56,967 nucleotides of DNA from an uncultured Gemmatimonadota bacterium (GCA_964576115.1 CAZNUA010000004.1:1-56967), one strand, 5' to 3'; numbered from the stretch's first letter, positions 28,601 to 37,873 are shown. Notes: a model not told the origin generated them from the letters alone. Program-made: numbers and translations.

Positions 28601-29856
28601 CCGGGGCGGCTCTCGTGATTCGGCCCTTCACCACCGAGCTGCTGCGCGAAGCCACCACACATATTCCCTGGCACACCGACCTCTTCCTCGACGGGCGGGT
28701 GACGGTCTCGACCAATCCCTCTCTCTACACCGCCGGCGTCCTGCCGCGGGTTCTGCCCCCCGAGGCCGACTGGGAGGGCGCCCAGGGCAGGGAGGTCGGA
28801 GCCTTCAGCTGGGGTGATATCGGCTCGCTGGACTATCTCTTCGCCTACCGCCCGCTGACCGATTACAGCGGCCTGGCCGTGGCCACCCTGGCCTGTCGCC
28901 GCTTCGGTTTCTGGGGCTTGAACGATCCCGCCGTACACCGGCTTTTCACCACCGTGGCGAGCATCTATCTGCTGCTGGTGGCGGCGGTGACTCTGGTGGC
29001 GGTCCTGACCGCCCGGATGATTTCCCGGCCGATCGGTGACCTGACCGGTTCGGCCCGGCGCGTGGCGGGGGGCGACCTCGAGGTGGAGATTCCCGTGACC
29101 CGCGGCGACGAAGTCGGCGGACTGCAGAAGGCTTTCCGCCAGATGGTCATCGCCCTGCGCGAGAATCGCGACGAGCTGGCCCGGGCCGAACGGGAGCGGG
29201 CCTGGCAGGAGATGGCCCGGCAGGTCGCCCACGAGATCAAGAACCCGCTCACCCCGATGCAGCTTTCGGCCCAGTTCCTGCGCCGGGCTTATGACGAGGG
29301 GGCCGAGGATCTGGGGAAGATTCTGCACGAGTGCACCGATGCGATCGTGGAGCAGGTGGAGGGTTTGCGCCGGATCGCCAACGAATTCTCGACCTACGCC
29401 CGCCTGCCGGTCGTGCGGCACGTTCCGACCGATCTGAACGAACCGGTCGAAGACGCCCTCAACCTCTTCGAACCGGCGTTGCCCGACGGCGTCACGATCA
29501 TCCGTGATCTCGCTCCGCGCCTGCCCGAGGCGCCTCTGGATCCCGAACAGATCCGGCGGGTGGCGATCAACCTCATGCGCAACGCTCTCGATGCCATGGG
29601 GGAGTCCGGGCGGCTTACCGTGCGCACCGGGGCCGATGCCACGCACGTCTGGCTCGAGGTCACCGATACCGGGGAAGGCATCGCCCCCGAGGTGCAGGAG
29701 CGCCTGTTCGAACCGTACTTCTCGACCCGGACCGACGGAACCGGACTCGGACTGGCCATCACCCGGGCCATCGTGGATGCCTATGAGGGGGAAATCTCGA
29801 TCGATTCACGCCCCGGAGAGGGGACCATCGTTCTCACCCGATTCCCCTTCCTCTGA
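25618..29856 (+). CDS. Large multi-TM sensor histidine kinase (HAMP-HisKA-HATPase, NtrY-like)
   Basis: HAMP, AWQEMARQVAHEIKNPLTPMQL H-box, NLMRNALDAM, DTGEGI, FEPYFST and GTGLGLAI. Confidence 0.93.
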   Translation: MKAVPSSPGTSARSDLPARTFRLSWSVLAAIALALYLGWGSWHPGALLPLLPAAFLVRGLGDHRPIDFLGPWRRVLISAALFCAAGFLLLPRQPSPSWLARHDVADRARLEQALQTLHGTMARSFDEALAVLPAGDTRVPPAGWLEQVWTQTRARFKTEALALTWLGTEPGSPLWAGSAWLVPVELPPRSPLGPGPAGDRFTITGDSLAAMAILTRPVGNGTLVMTALVLRAPGAPGPCPGSRSYLETILPARILQRLQVGFDREDSGGGLRVSLGSVKDASLSYPLRAPAQAILLVMVLVGSLALLGRDTSAIRGIAAAPLIYAAVVPFVLGAFTRPLSLDLIAPSWSGHQLTNQAFLAVSAAALALWFALSMRNPLAERGRSLTGTIICLLLILGLWPLGLSLLGDLFRFAPSWFWARVSFLPGARDLIGWLIAIAMTLTIITGAGGAAALLRRYYGLVGLIGTVAAAAVGAGAAAVGGLWRGAVVVGVLTAAAGTLGVALWLQVTLQRPVLTRLLGLGVIGALLLLPLKTELGRRITHQVLESAAASLSSAGVGLDPADFTALREDVRGIADRLAQDGDSNGFRNADRQAFLIWRELDLERHDRAGGVQMLTSDGEIAGGFTTAATLFDLVLSESMRHSACSGQGRFALAAGEQTQFGEETLILAVHASDRGRPFLIGVRPRPLGFVADGEERIWSLTAAPDAAGRAGRFAGELFVHVYDETFGLLAVPRSHRPTPVPATVPAAVIEHLHESDVGRWYRRGWWLTGGADEYYFRLETSRAGSSLSGVAIGEIGTVERVACLGMEQPGLWGRLIETLQILLLFLLALLILGWLPAAAFARSGVPLSTSVRRVSFRTRLIIPLLVVALLPLVALWLLTRGFVLTRERAGWESGLEENVRVVEQAVTERTAVRARELARDAEHVSSFGFTIPADGMQWALFDANLVRTTGTLADSLAERIPLRDVVHGRWPQSFIFRAGALWSASVASLGDRFSAGAALVIRPFTTELLREATTHIPWHTDLFLDGRVTVSTNPSLYTAGVLPRVLPPEADWEGAQGREVGAFSWGDIGSLDYLFAYRPLTDYSGLAVATLACRRFGFWGLNDPAVHRLFTTVASIYLLLVAAVTLVAVLTARMISRPIGDLTGSARRVAGGDLEVEIPVTRGDEVGGLQKAFRQMVIALRENRDELARAERERAWQEMARQVAHEIKNPLTPMQLSAQFLRRAYDEGAEDLGKILHECTDAIVEQVEGLRRIANEFSTYARLPVVRHVPTDLNEPVEDALNLFEPALPDGVTIIRDLAPRLPEAPLDPEQIRRVAINLMRNALDAMGESGRLTVRTGADATHVWLEVTDTGEGIAPEVQERLFEPYFSTRTDGTGLGLAITRAIVDAYEGEISIDSRPGEGTIVLTRFPFL

Positions 29857-30192
29857 CGCTCCCGGCCGGGTATTCATACGGTGTCGGACGCCCCTTTTCC
29901 GGGAGCGCCGTCGTCCAACCCTGCAGCGATCTTTCCCCTGTACCGGGAACCACTCCGGGGGCGCAGACGTTCATACTGTGGACCGGTGCTTCGGCGGCTT
30001 GGGGGAGGGGGGTACCCGCGTCGGAGGGTCAGGCTAGCTTAGTGCCCAACCGGTTGCCCCTGAGGGGCACCGGTGCAGTTCCTGGGGCACGGGCGAAAAG
30101 GTCCGGGCTTTGAGCGGTGCGGTATGTCCGATGCATGCCGCGCACCCGCATTCACGAGGTTACCCGACACCTGTGGCAGGGCCGTGAGAGAC

Positions 30193-33100
30193 GTGCAGAC
30201 AATCCGCAGTGAAGGCTCCCCGACCCGCCGGTCGGATCGATTTTTCAGCGTCCCGCTCTCCTTTGTCATCCTTTTCGGCGGTCTGTCCGCCCCTGCCGCG
30301 GCGGCCCAGAACGGAATTCCGGTTACCGCCCCCTCGATCCAGGTGGACCCGGCCGAGCAGGACTACATGTTCATTCGCGGTCTGGTGTCCGACGGTCTCT
30401 ACCCGTCGGCTCTCGATCAGATCAGAGCCTTTCTGAGGGCCCATCCCGAAAGCCGCCGGATCGAAGAGGTACACCTGCTGCAGGCCGAAGTGCACTTTCT
30501 CCAGAGCGATTACCGGCAGTGCGTCGATCTGCTGCAGGCCTTCATCATCGCCTATCCCCAGAGCGCCTATCTCGATCAGGCTTTTTACCGCCGGGGCGAG
30601 GCGTACTTCAAACTGGGCGATTACGCCGCCGCGGCCGATGATTTCGAGGCCATCGGACAGCGTCGACCCCGCTCCCTGCTGCTCGACCGGGCCCGCTACT
30701 GGCAGGGCGAGGCCCAACTGCGGCTCGGAGAGATCGAAGCCGCCCGCCAGGCATATCAGAGTGTGTACCACGACACTCCCGAATCGCCGGTCGCAGATTA
30801 CGCTCTTTACAGCATGGGCTGGATCGCCCAGGAAGCTGCCGAGTACGAAGACGCCCTGAGCTATTATCAGCGGGTTGTGGATGATTATCCCTCCAGCGAC
30901 CTGCTCTCCACCTGTCTGTACAAGATCGGTCAGTGCTACTTCGCTCTGGGGCAGTACGGCGAGGCGGCCGACGCCATGACTCAGGTTCTCCAGCTCGATC
31001 TGGGACCCGACGTGTCGGCCAATGCCGGATTCCTGCTGGGGGAGTCGTACTACCATCTGGCCGAATACGCTCTGGCCCGACGGGCCTACGAGGGGGTGGT
31101 GTCCGATTACCCCCGGCATGAGACGGCTCCCGAAGCCCAGGTTGCGATCGGCTGGACCTACCTGAAACAGGGACAGGCCGAGGCCGCGGCCGAAGCCTTC
31201 GGCCGGGCCGTCGAGGATTACCCCGAGAGCAGCATCGCCGGCGGAGCCGGCTACCGTCAGGGAGTGGCCCTGCGCGAGGCCGGTCGGCGGGAAGAGGCGG
31301 TAGTGGCCTTCCTGGCCGTGGCCGAGAGCTGGCCCGACAATGAATGGGCCGATGACGCCCTGCTCGAAGCCGGTCTCATCCGTTTCCGGCAGGGCGCCTA
31401 CGCCGCTGCCCGGAATGTCCTCGACCGGTTGCTCGAGGCGTACGCCAAGAGTCCCCTGGGCGCCGACACCGCCGAACTGATTGGTGAGTGCTGGCTCGCC
31501 GAAAGTAACTGGGCCCAGGCCGAGGCCGCCTTCGAGACTGTGGTCAGCGGCTGGCCGGGGGCTCCGGCCGCCGCGGTGGCGCTCTTCCAGCGTTCGTATT
31601 GTCAGTTCCAGCAGGACGAACTCGAGGCGGCCGCCGAGGGTTTTGCCCGGTACCGTCGGCAGTATCCACAGGGGGCCTCGAGTCCGGACGCGCTCTTCTT
31701 TGAGGCCGAAACCGCCTACCGGGCCGGCGAGTGGGACCGGAGCGAAACGTTCTACACGCGCTACCTCGAGGAGACCCCCGACGGTGAGCGCGCCCTGGCA
31801 GCCGAGTACGGGGTCGGGTGGGCCCGCTTTTCCCGGGGCGATTACGAGGGGGCGATTGAATCTTTCCGCCGGGTCGTCGCCGCGACCGGGGCCGATCCCG
31901 CCCTGCGCCGCGACGCCCACCTGCGCATTGCCGATGCGTACTACAATCTTCGCCGCTATCGCGATGCCGCGGTAACCTACAGCGACGTTCTCGAACAGGA
32001 CCGCGAAGCCGCCGATGCCCCCCGGATAGCCTTCACCGCCGGCGACGCCTTCATCAGGGATCAGCAGTATCGTTCGGCTCTGACCGTGCTGGGTGAGATC
32101 ATCACCCGCTATCCCGACAGCGAGTACTACGATGACGCCCTGTACTGGCGCGGCTGGTCGCTTTTCAGCCTCGAGGACTACGACCGGGCCATCGAAGAAT
32201 ACCGGCGGATACTGAATCTGCAGCCGCCCAGCGAACGCGAGGCGGAAGCCCGCTACGGGATCGGCGATGCGCACTACAACGCCGGTCGTTATGAAGAAGC
32301 CCTGGCTGCCTACCGGCAGGTGGCCGAACGCTACCCGACTGGAATCTGGCTGGCCGAAGCGGTCGGCGGGATGCAGTGGGCCCTGGTCCAGCTGGGGCGC
32401 GAAGCCGAGGCCGAGAGCGTGGCCGAGCAGATGCTCACAGACGCCGCCCCCGCCGAAATCAGAAACCGGGTCCACCTGCAGCAGGGTCGATTCCTCTTCA
32501 ACCAGGAACGCTTCGCCGACGCGATTGCGGTCTTTGCGGAGCTGATTGACATTTCCGCTCCGGCCGTGGGTGGGGAGGCCCTCTTCTGGCTGGCCCGCTC
32601 CCGCGAGCGCAGCGGCGACGGCTCGCGGGCCGAAGCCGCTTACACCCGGCTGCTGACCCGTTTTCCCGACAGTCGTTTCGCCTCCGAGACGTGCCTGCGC
32701 CTGGGAGCGCTGCAGCATGAGCGGGAGGCCTGGGCCGAAGCGGTCCGGACGCTGGAGTCGTTGATTACAGGGCAGGCTCCCGAACGGGCTGAAGCTCTGT
32801 ACCTTTCCGCCCTCTGTCACCGCGCCCTCGGCGATCCGACCCGGACCGATGTGGAACTGCGCCGGCTGATCGAGGATTATCCCGGCAGTCCGCTGGCCGC
32901 CCAGGGGCGTCTGCGTCTGGCCGAAGTCGCCCTGGGGCAGGGCAATTACAATATCGCCCGCACCCAGGTGAACACCGTTCTGGCCGAGCGGACCGACGAA
33001 CTCGCCGCCGAGGCCCAGTACCTGGCCGCCGAGATACTCTTTGCGCAGGAGCAGTGGAGCGAGGCCGAGGTACAGTTCCTGCGGGTCAAGTATGTCTATC

Positions 33101-33267
33101 CCGCTTTTTCCGAGTGGATCGCCCGGGCCTTGCTGCGGGCGGCCGAAGCCAACCTCGAACTCGACAATCCCGACCGTGCCGTCACCCACCTCGAAGACAT
33201 CATCGAGAACTATCCCTCCACCTCGGTCGTCAGCCGCGCCCGGACCCTGCTGGAGGACATCCGGTGA
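30193..33267 (+). CDS. Large exported tetratricopeptide-repeat protein (BamD/CpoB-like repeats)
   Basis: Signal peptide ending AAAA|Q and many TPR units ending YP.S; start uncertain (30073-30193). Confidence 0.88.
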   Translation: MQTIRSEGSPTRRSDRFFSVPLSFVILFGGLSAPAAAAQNGIPVTAPSIQVDPAEQDYMFIRGLVSDGLYPSALDQIRAFLRAHPESRRIEEVHLLQAEVHFLQSDYRQCVDLLQAFIIAYPQSAYLDQAFYRRGEAYFKLGDYAAAADDFEAIGQRRPRSLLLDRARYWQGEAQLRLGEIEAARQAYQSVYHDTPESPVADYALYSMGWIAQEAAEYEDALSYYQRVVDDYPSSDLLSTCLYKIGQCYFALGQYGEAADAMTQVLQLDLGPDVSANAGFLLGESYYHLAEYALARRAYEGVVSDYPRHETAPEAQVAIGWTYLKQGQAEAAAEAFGRAVEDYPESSIAGGAGYRQGVALREAGRREEAVVAFLAVAESWPDNEWADDALLEAGLIRFRQGAYAAARNVLDRLLEAYAKSPLGADTAELIGECWLAESNWAQAEAAFETVVSGWPGAPAAAVALFQRSYCQFQQDELEAAAEGFARYRRQYPQGASSPDALFFEAETAYRAGEWDRSETFYTRYLEETPDGERALAAEYGVGWARFSRGDYEGAIESFRRVVAATGADPALRRDAHLRIADAYYNLRRYRDAAVTYSDVLEQDREAADAPRIAFTAGDAFIRDQQYRSALTVLGEIITRYPDSEYYDDALYWRGWSLFSLEDYDRAIEEYRRILNLQPPSEREAEARYGIGDAHYNAGRYEEALAAYRQVAERYPTGIWLAEAVGGMQWALVQLGREAEAESVAEQMLTDAAPAEIRNRVHLQQGRFLFNQERFADAIAVFAELIDISAPAVGGEALFWLARSRERSGDGSRAEAAYTRLLTRFPDSRFASETCLRLGALQHEREAWAEAVRTLESLITGQAPERAEALYLSALCHRALGDPTRTDVELRRLIEDYPGSPLAAQGRLRLAEVALGQGNYNIARTQVNTVLAERTDELAAEAQYLAAEILFAQEQWSEAEVQFLRVKYVYPAFSEWIARALLRAAEANLELDNPDRAVTHLEDIIENYPSTSVVSRARTLLEDIR

Positions 33268-35003
33268 ACGCGCTCCGTCTCATCGCCGGTGTACTCGGAC
33301 TGCTGCTCGGCCTGGGAGTGGCAAGCGGTCCGGTTCGCGCTCAACCGGCCCGTCCCGCGGGGCAGGATACCTCCGCCAAACAGCAGATCCTTCCTCCCCT
33401 GGCTCTGCCCGATATCGTGATCTTCGGACGCAGCAGCGCCACGATGCGCGAAGGGAGCAAGCTCTTCGCTTCGGACAAGAGGACCGCGCTCGACCGCGAG
33501 ATCGGCGCTCCGGTGGGCGAAAAGCTGGAGAGCCGCACGGGGTGGGGTGGAGGCCGGATCCTGGCCGCCCGGGAACGGGTTCGGAGCGAACGCCAGGCGC
33601 GATTGTGGCTGCGGGGCGGGTCGTACACCGAGTTCGTCGGCGGAGCCGAGTACTGGCGCGACCTCGGATCGTGGCGCCTCGTTGCCCGGGCCGGCGGCGA
33701 CGGTACCGCCGGACATGTGGCGAACAGCGCCGCCCATACCGGCTTCGGCGAGTTCGCTCTGGAACGGGATCTCTCCCCGGCCACGCGGTTCCGACTGGGG
33801 GCGGGTTTTGCCAGCGGCCGGCAGGAAGAGTGGGGGGGCGGGGTTCCCGGCGAGGGAATCCCCGAGGCGCCGGGCGAAGCGGCCCGCACCTTCGCTGACG
33901 GCTCCTACGAGCTCTCCGGACAGCTCCGGATCGGACGGGGTCTGACCCTCTCGGGCGGAGCCGGCGGGCGTCACACCGGCCTGCGCGATGAGGTCCGGGT
34001 CACCGGATCCGACCTGCGGCCGCATTCGGACGGAGGCTGGGCCGGAGTGGGTCTGCACTGGGTTACGGAGCAGACCCTCCTGCAGCTCGATGGGCGCTTC
34101 GAGGGCGACCGCCTGCGCGGGGTCGCTCCCGATGAAACCGCCCGGCTCGCGCAGGCCTCGCTCTCGCTGCAGACCCGGATCGGCGAGACCAGCAGCGGTC
34201 GGCTCGGGGCCGTTCTTTACCGGATGGACTCCGGGCTGGGGAGCATCACCCGGATCTGGCCCCTGGCCGAGTTCACCTCGCATTACTCCGAGCGTTTCGG
34301 CATGTACATCAGGTACCGGCCGCGGCTCGACTATCTGACCCTGGGCCGGGCCCGGGACGACAATCCCTTTGTCGCCAACAGCTTTCAGATCACTCCCCGT
34401 GAGGAGCGCTTCAACCTGGCGGTCGGTCTGACCTGGATCGTGGCGCCGCGGATGACACTGGAGTTCGAAGTGGCGCGCCGGCAGTTCGACCGTCTGCCCC
34501 TCTGGCGTCTCGCCCCGGCCTCCGATCCCTGGAGCAGCGGTCTCTTCGTCCTCGACGGGATCGTGGATGTCGCCGTGAACGAAACCCGGCTCGAGCTGGC
34601 CGGCAGTCCCTGGGAACGGATGAACCTGCTCGTCGAAGTGGCTCTGCGCCAGCCCTCAGGGGGCGGAATAGAGGAACTCTCGCACCTCCCGGGGGTCGAA
34701 GGAACAGTCGGGATCGGTGGCGAGGGACCGTGGGGACTCGACCTGGAAGCGGAACTGAGCTGGATGGGGGAACGGTACGGCGACACTGCGGGCAGTGCCG
34801 CACGGCGGCTTGAAGCCGCCTCCGAACTCGGGTTCAGGATTGCCCGGACCTTCGGCGGATCTGTCACGGCGTGGCTGGAATTGCGGAACGTTTTCGATTC
34901 TCAAATCATACTCTGGGAGAGCTATCCGAGCCCCGGCCGGACGACGGCTTTCGGTCTCTCCTGGGCCTTCCGGGAGCCTGTCCGAACGGGCTCCGGCAGA
35001 TGA
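33264..35003 (+). CDS. Outer membrane beta-barrel, TonB-dependent-receptor-like with no evident plug
   Basis: GTG start overlaps the TPR stop; signal peptide; TonB-box-like LPDIVIFG; amphipathic strands; LRNVFD...YPSPGRTTAFGLSWAF terminus. Confidence 0.65.
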   Translation: MNALRLIAGVLGLLLGLGVASGPVRAQPARPAGQDTSAKQQILPPLALPDIVIFGRSSATMREGSKLFASDKRTALDREIGAPVGEKLESRTGWGGGRILAARERVRSERQARLWLRGGSYTEFVGGAEYWRDLGSWRLVARAGGDGTAGHVANSAAHTGFGEFALERDLSPATRFRLGAGFASGRQEEWGGGVPGEGIPEAPGEAARTFADGSYELSGQLRIGRGLTLSGGAGGRHTGLRDEVRVTGSDLRPHSDGGWAGVGLHWVTEQTLLQLDGRFEGDRLRGVAPDETARLAQASLSLQTRIGETSSGRLGAVLYRMDSGLGSITRIWPLAEFTSHYSERFGMYIRYRPRLDYLTLGRARDDNPFVANSFQITPREERFNLAVGLTWIVAPRMTLEFEVARRQFDRLPLWRLAPASDPWSSGLFVLDGIVDVAVNETRLELAGSPWERMNLLVEVALRQPSGGGIEELSHLPGVEGTVGIGGEGPWGLDLEAELSWMGERYGDTAGSAARRLEAASELGFRIARTFGGSVTAWLELRNVFDSQIILWESYPSPGRTTAFGLSWAFREPVRTGSGR

Positions 35004-35034
35004 TCCCGGGGAGGGGATCTGTGAGGAGGAACAG

Positions 35035-35694
35035 ATGAGCATCTTCGCGGTCCTGGTCCGCGGCGGCTGGCTGATGGTTCTGATTGCCATCTGCTCGTTC
35101 ATCGCGGCCGGCATCATCATCGAACGCTGGCTGACCCTGCGCCGGGCGCGGGTCAATACGGGAACCCTGATGAACCGTGTGCGCCAGGCGCTGCGCGGCG
35201 GGGAACTCGGCCGGGCTCTGGATGTCTGCGACGAAACGCCGGGACCGGTGGCCAGCATGCTCAAGGCGGGCGTGCTCCGGGCTGGAGCGACCCGCGAGGT
35301 GATCCGCGAGAACGTGGAAAGCGCGGGGAAAGCCGAACTCTACAAACTCGAACGGGGTCTCGATTCACTGGCCACGGTCGCCAGCGTGGCACCGCTGCTC
35401 GGCTTTCTGGGCACCGTGACCGGTATGATCAGGGCCTTCATGGACATCCAGGCTCTCGGCGGGCAGGTCAACGCCAACGTCCTGGCAGGCGGGATCTGGG
35501 AAGCTCTGATCACCACCGCCGCCGGCCTCACGGTCGGTATTCCGGCCCTGATCTTCTACAACGGACTGGTCGGTCGGGTGCGGCACTTCGTCTTCGAGAT
35601 GGAGCGTTCCAGTATGGAGCTGCTCGATCTGCTCGGGGATACGTCGGTCCTCAACGCCACCGCCCAGCCGGCGGAGGCCGGTCATGAACTTTAG
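35035..35694 (+). CDS. exbB: MotA/TolQ/ExbB proton channel
   Basis: GGWLM, APLLGFLGTVTGMI and GIWEALITTAAGL motifs. Confidence 0.93.
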   Translation: MSIFAVLVRGGWLMVLIAICSFIAAGIIIERWLTLRRARVNTGTLMNRVRQALRGGELGRALDVCDETPGPVASMLKAGVLRAGATREVIRENVESAGKAELYKLERGLDSLATVASVAPLLGFLGTVTGMIRAFMDIQALGGQVNANVLAGGIWEALITTAAGLTVGIPALIFYNGLVGRVRHFVFEMERSSMELLDLLGDTSVLNATAQPAEAGHEL

Positions 35695-36100
35695 TCCCGA
35701 ACGCAAAGCGATCGTCAGCTTCAGCGCGATCGGCCTGACCGACATCGTGCTCCTCCTGCTCATCTTCTTCCTGCTGAGCAGTACCTTCATCCTTCAGCCC
35801 GGGATCAAAGTCGATCTGCCCGAAGCGCAGGTCACCGAAACCGTCGAGCAGGAGACCCTGACCATCACCATCCCGGTCAGCGGCGCCGTCTATCTCAACG
35901 ACGAACCGATCTCGCTGGCCGAACTTCCCGCCCGTTTGCAGCTCGAACTCAACCGCGGCGCAGACCGCGACATCATCCTGCGAGCCGACGAAAACATCCC
36001 CTTCAGCCGGGCCGTCCAGGTCATGGACATCGCCAAGCGGGTCGGAGCGGGGCGCTTTCTCATCGCCACCCGGACCGGGGAGGAGGGACGCACGCCGTGA
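35684..36100 (+). CDS. exbD: ExbD/TolR biopolymer transport protein
   Basis: LTDIVLLLLIFFLL, GIKVDLP and ILRADENI motifs. Confidence 0.93.
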   Translation: MNFSPERKAIVSFSAIGLTDIVLLLLIFFLLSSTFILQPGIKVDLPEAQVTETVEQETLTITIPVSGAVYLNDEPISLAELPARLQLELNRGADRDIILRADENIPFSRAVQVMDIAKRVGAGRFLIATRTGEEGRTP

Positions 36101-36867
36101 CCCTGAGTCTGCGGGAACGACAGGTCCAGGCCTGGGCGGGTTCCGGCCTGCTCCACCTCGTCCTGCTCGGACTCTTCCTGCTCGTCGGGGTACAGTTCGA
36201 AGAATTCGTCGAGGAGTACAGCGAGGTCGTGCTCATGGGTTCGCTCACCGCTCCGCCGGTCCGGGCAGAATCCGATGCAGCCGGCGTGCCGGTAGCGACC
36301 GCTCCTGAAGAGAGCGAAGCCTCCGCCGCCGTGAGCCTGCCCGAGCGCCGGCCGTCGGTCCTGCCCTCCGACGAACTCGTGCCGCTGGCCAGCCGCCGGG
36401 AAACCGATCTCCCCCTCCTCGATCCCCCCAGCACACTCGACCGGCTCACCCGGACCGGACAGGAACGACCGACGGTCCGTCCCGGCGATCCCGCCGGCGA
36501 GCGGATCACCCCCACCGGGACCGGTCTGCCCGAAGGCCTCCTCCTGCGCGATCCCTTCCTCGGCGCCGGGCAGGGGAGCGATCTTCCCTTTCTGATTCAG
36601 TGGGTCGGCACCAGCCGTGAAGTCGTGCGCAGCGTGCTTCCCGAATACCCCCCCGGTATCGAACGCGAAGTCACCCTCCAGTTCCGCTTCTCTGTCACCC
36701 CCGCCGGCGAGGTCACCGCCATCCGTCCATTGCAGCGGGGCGATCCCACCCTCGAAGAAGCCGCCCTCACCGCTCTGCGGCAGTGGACCTTTCAGCCCCT
36801 GCCGGGGGCGAGCGTGCAGGAGAAGCAGGAGGCGGTGATCGCATTCCGCTTCCGCATCCGCTCCTGA
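36097..36867 (+). CDS. tonB: Energy transducer TonB
   Basis: SGLLH TM anchor, Pro-rich linker, TonB_C domain (PEYP...QWTFQP). Confidence 0.88.
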   Translation: MTLSLRERQVQAWAGSGLLHLVLLGLFLLVGVQFEEFVEEYSEVVLMGSLTAPPVRAESDAAGVPVATAPEESEASAAVSLPERRPSVLPSDELVPLASRRETDLPLLDPPSTLDRLTRTGQERPTVRPGDPAGERITPTGTGLPEGLLLRDPFLGAGQGSDLPFLIQWVGTSREVVRSVLPEYPPGIEREVTLQFRFSVTPAGEVTAIRPLQRGDPTLEEAALTALRQWTFQPLPGASVQEKQEAVIAFRFRIRS

Positions 36868-36884
36868 GTCGCACTTGCCGGCCG

Positions 36885-37125
36885 ATCTCTGCGTTACCCT
36901 TCCTCGCGTGCTTGTGCAGCGTACAGACAGTACGCCTCCGCGCCGCTCGTCGGGTGCCTTGATCTCGGCCGGCAATCACGGCTCAGTCAGCCTGGATACT
37001 TCCTCACGCTTTCGTGCGGCGTACAGAAAGTACGCCTCCTCAGCGTTCGTCGCGTTCCTTGATCTCGAGCGAAAATCCTCGCTCAGGACAGTGTCAGTAC
37101 GCCTCCGCACCGCTCGTCGGGTGCC
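36885..37125. repeat. REP-like palindromic element: two units at an exact 100-bp period plus a partial third
   Basis: cgtacagacagtacgcctcc at 36920, cgtacagaaagtacgcctcc at 37020 and cagtacgcctccgcaccgctcgtcgggtgcc at 37095; inverted pair ttgccggccga (36875) / tcggccggcaa (36965). Confidence 0.85.
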
Positions 37126-37296
37126 GGGCTGCCCGTTCTGCACATTCGGTCTTGCATTCTGCAAGACGGATCGGGCAGTTCGGGGGGCTGGAAGCCGTCC
37201 GGGAACGTGACAGGTTTGCCAACATAGTCGAGCTATCTCCTGTAACCCATTTTATTATAATGATATACAGTAACAGCCGGAAGGGTCTGCCGGGAA

Positions 37297-37312
37297 TTGG
37301 CATGGAATGTGC
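37297..37312 (+). promoter_or_regulatory. Sigma54 (-24/-12) promoter of the major pilin
   Basis: TTGGCATGGAATGTGC fits GG-N10-GC and has an AT-rich tract upstream. pilA is commonly RpoN-dependent. Confidence 0.7.
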
Positions 37313-37384
37313 GCTCTTATTCGTCACGAGAAATCCCACACCGGTTCCGAAAAAAAACGTCAACCTTCGGGAGGTTACACGTTC

Positions 37385-37786
37385 ATGAGACGGAATGAGA
37401 AGGGTTTCACCCTGATCGAGCTGCTGATCGTTATCGTCATCATCGGCATCCTTGCAGCCGTAGCGATCCCGCGCTTCCAGGGTGTGGCCGACAAAGCCAA
37501 GATCGGCGCCGCTGAAGCGGAGCTGTCCAACATCAGGACGCTGCTGACATCGTACCAGGCCGAGAACGACACCTCGCGCTACCCCGAGACGGCAGACATC
37601 ACGTCGCACGCGGACCTGATAAGCATTTGTGCCGCCTACGGCGCCGTGCCCTCGGTGGCCGACGCGAACTGGACCTTTGTGAGTTACGCCAGCGCGGCCT
37701 CAGACACCTTCGTCATGCAGGTCAAGGCCAAGGACAGGAACCGAACGGTTCTGAACCTGACGCCAACCACGATCGACCGACCGTAA
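37385..37786 (+). CDS. pilA: Type IV major pilin
   Basis: MRRNEKG|FTLIELLIVIVIIGILAAVAIP; GGAGG RBS; has its own promoter and terminator. Confidence 0.85.
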   Translation: MRRNEKGFTLIELLIVIVIIGILAAVAIPRFQGVADKAKIGAAEAELSNIRTLLTSYQAENDTSRYPETADITSHADLISICAAYGAVPSVADANWTFVSYASAASDTFVMQVKAKDRNRTVLNLTPTTIDRP

Positions 37787-37810
37787 GCGAGCGGTCGTTG
37801 ACAACCCGGG

Positions 37811-37850
37811 GAAGCACCGGGCGGCCGGCGGTCGCCCGGTGCTTTCTCTG
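37811..37850 (+). terminator. Rho-independent terminator after the pilin
   Basis: aagcaccgggcggcc / ggtcgcccggtgctt stem followed by a T-rich tail. Confidence 0.75.
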
Positions 37851-37873
37851 TATATGAACCGGGGGTGAGGCGG

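Noticed and set aside
36885-37125. CRISPR array or small ORFs (36875-37210, 36976-37164)
   Set aside because: The units are homologous over their whole length and degenerate; the ORFs are translations of the repeat.
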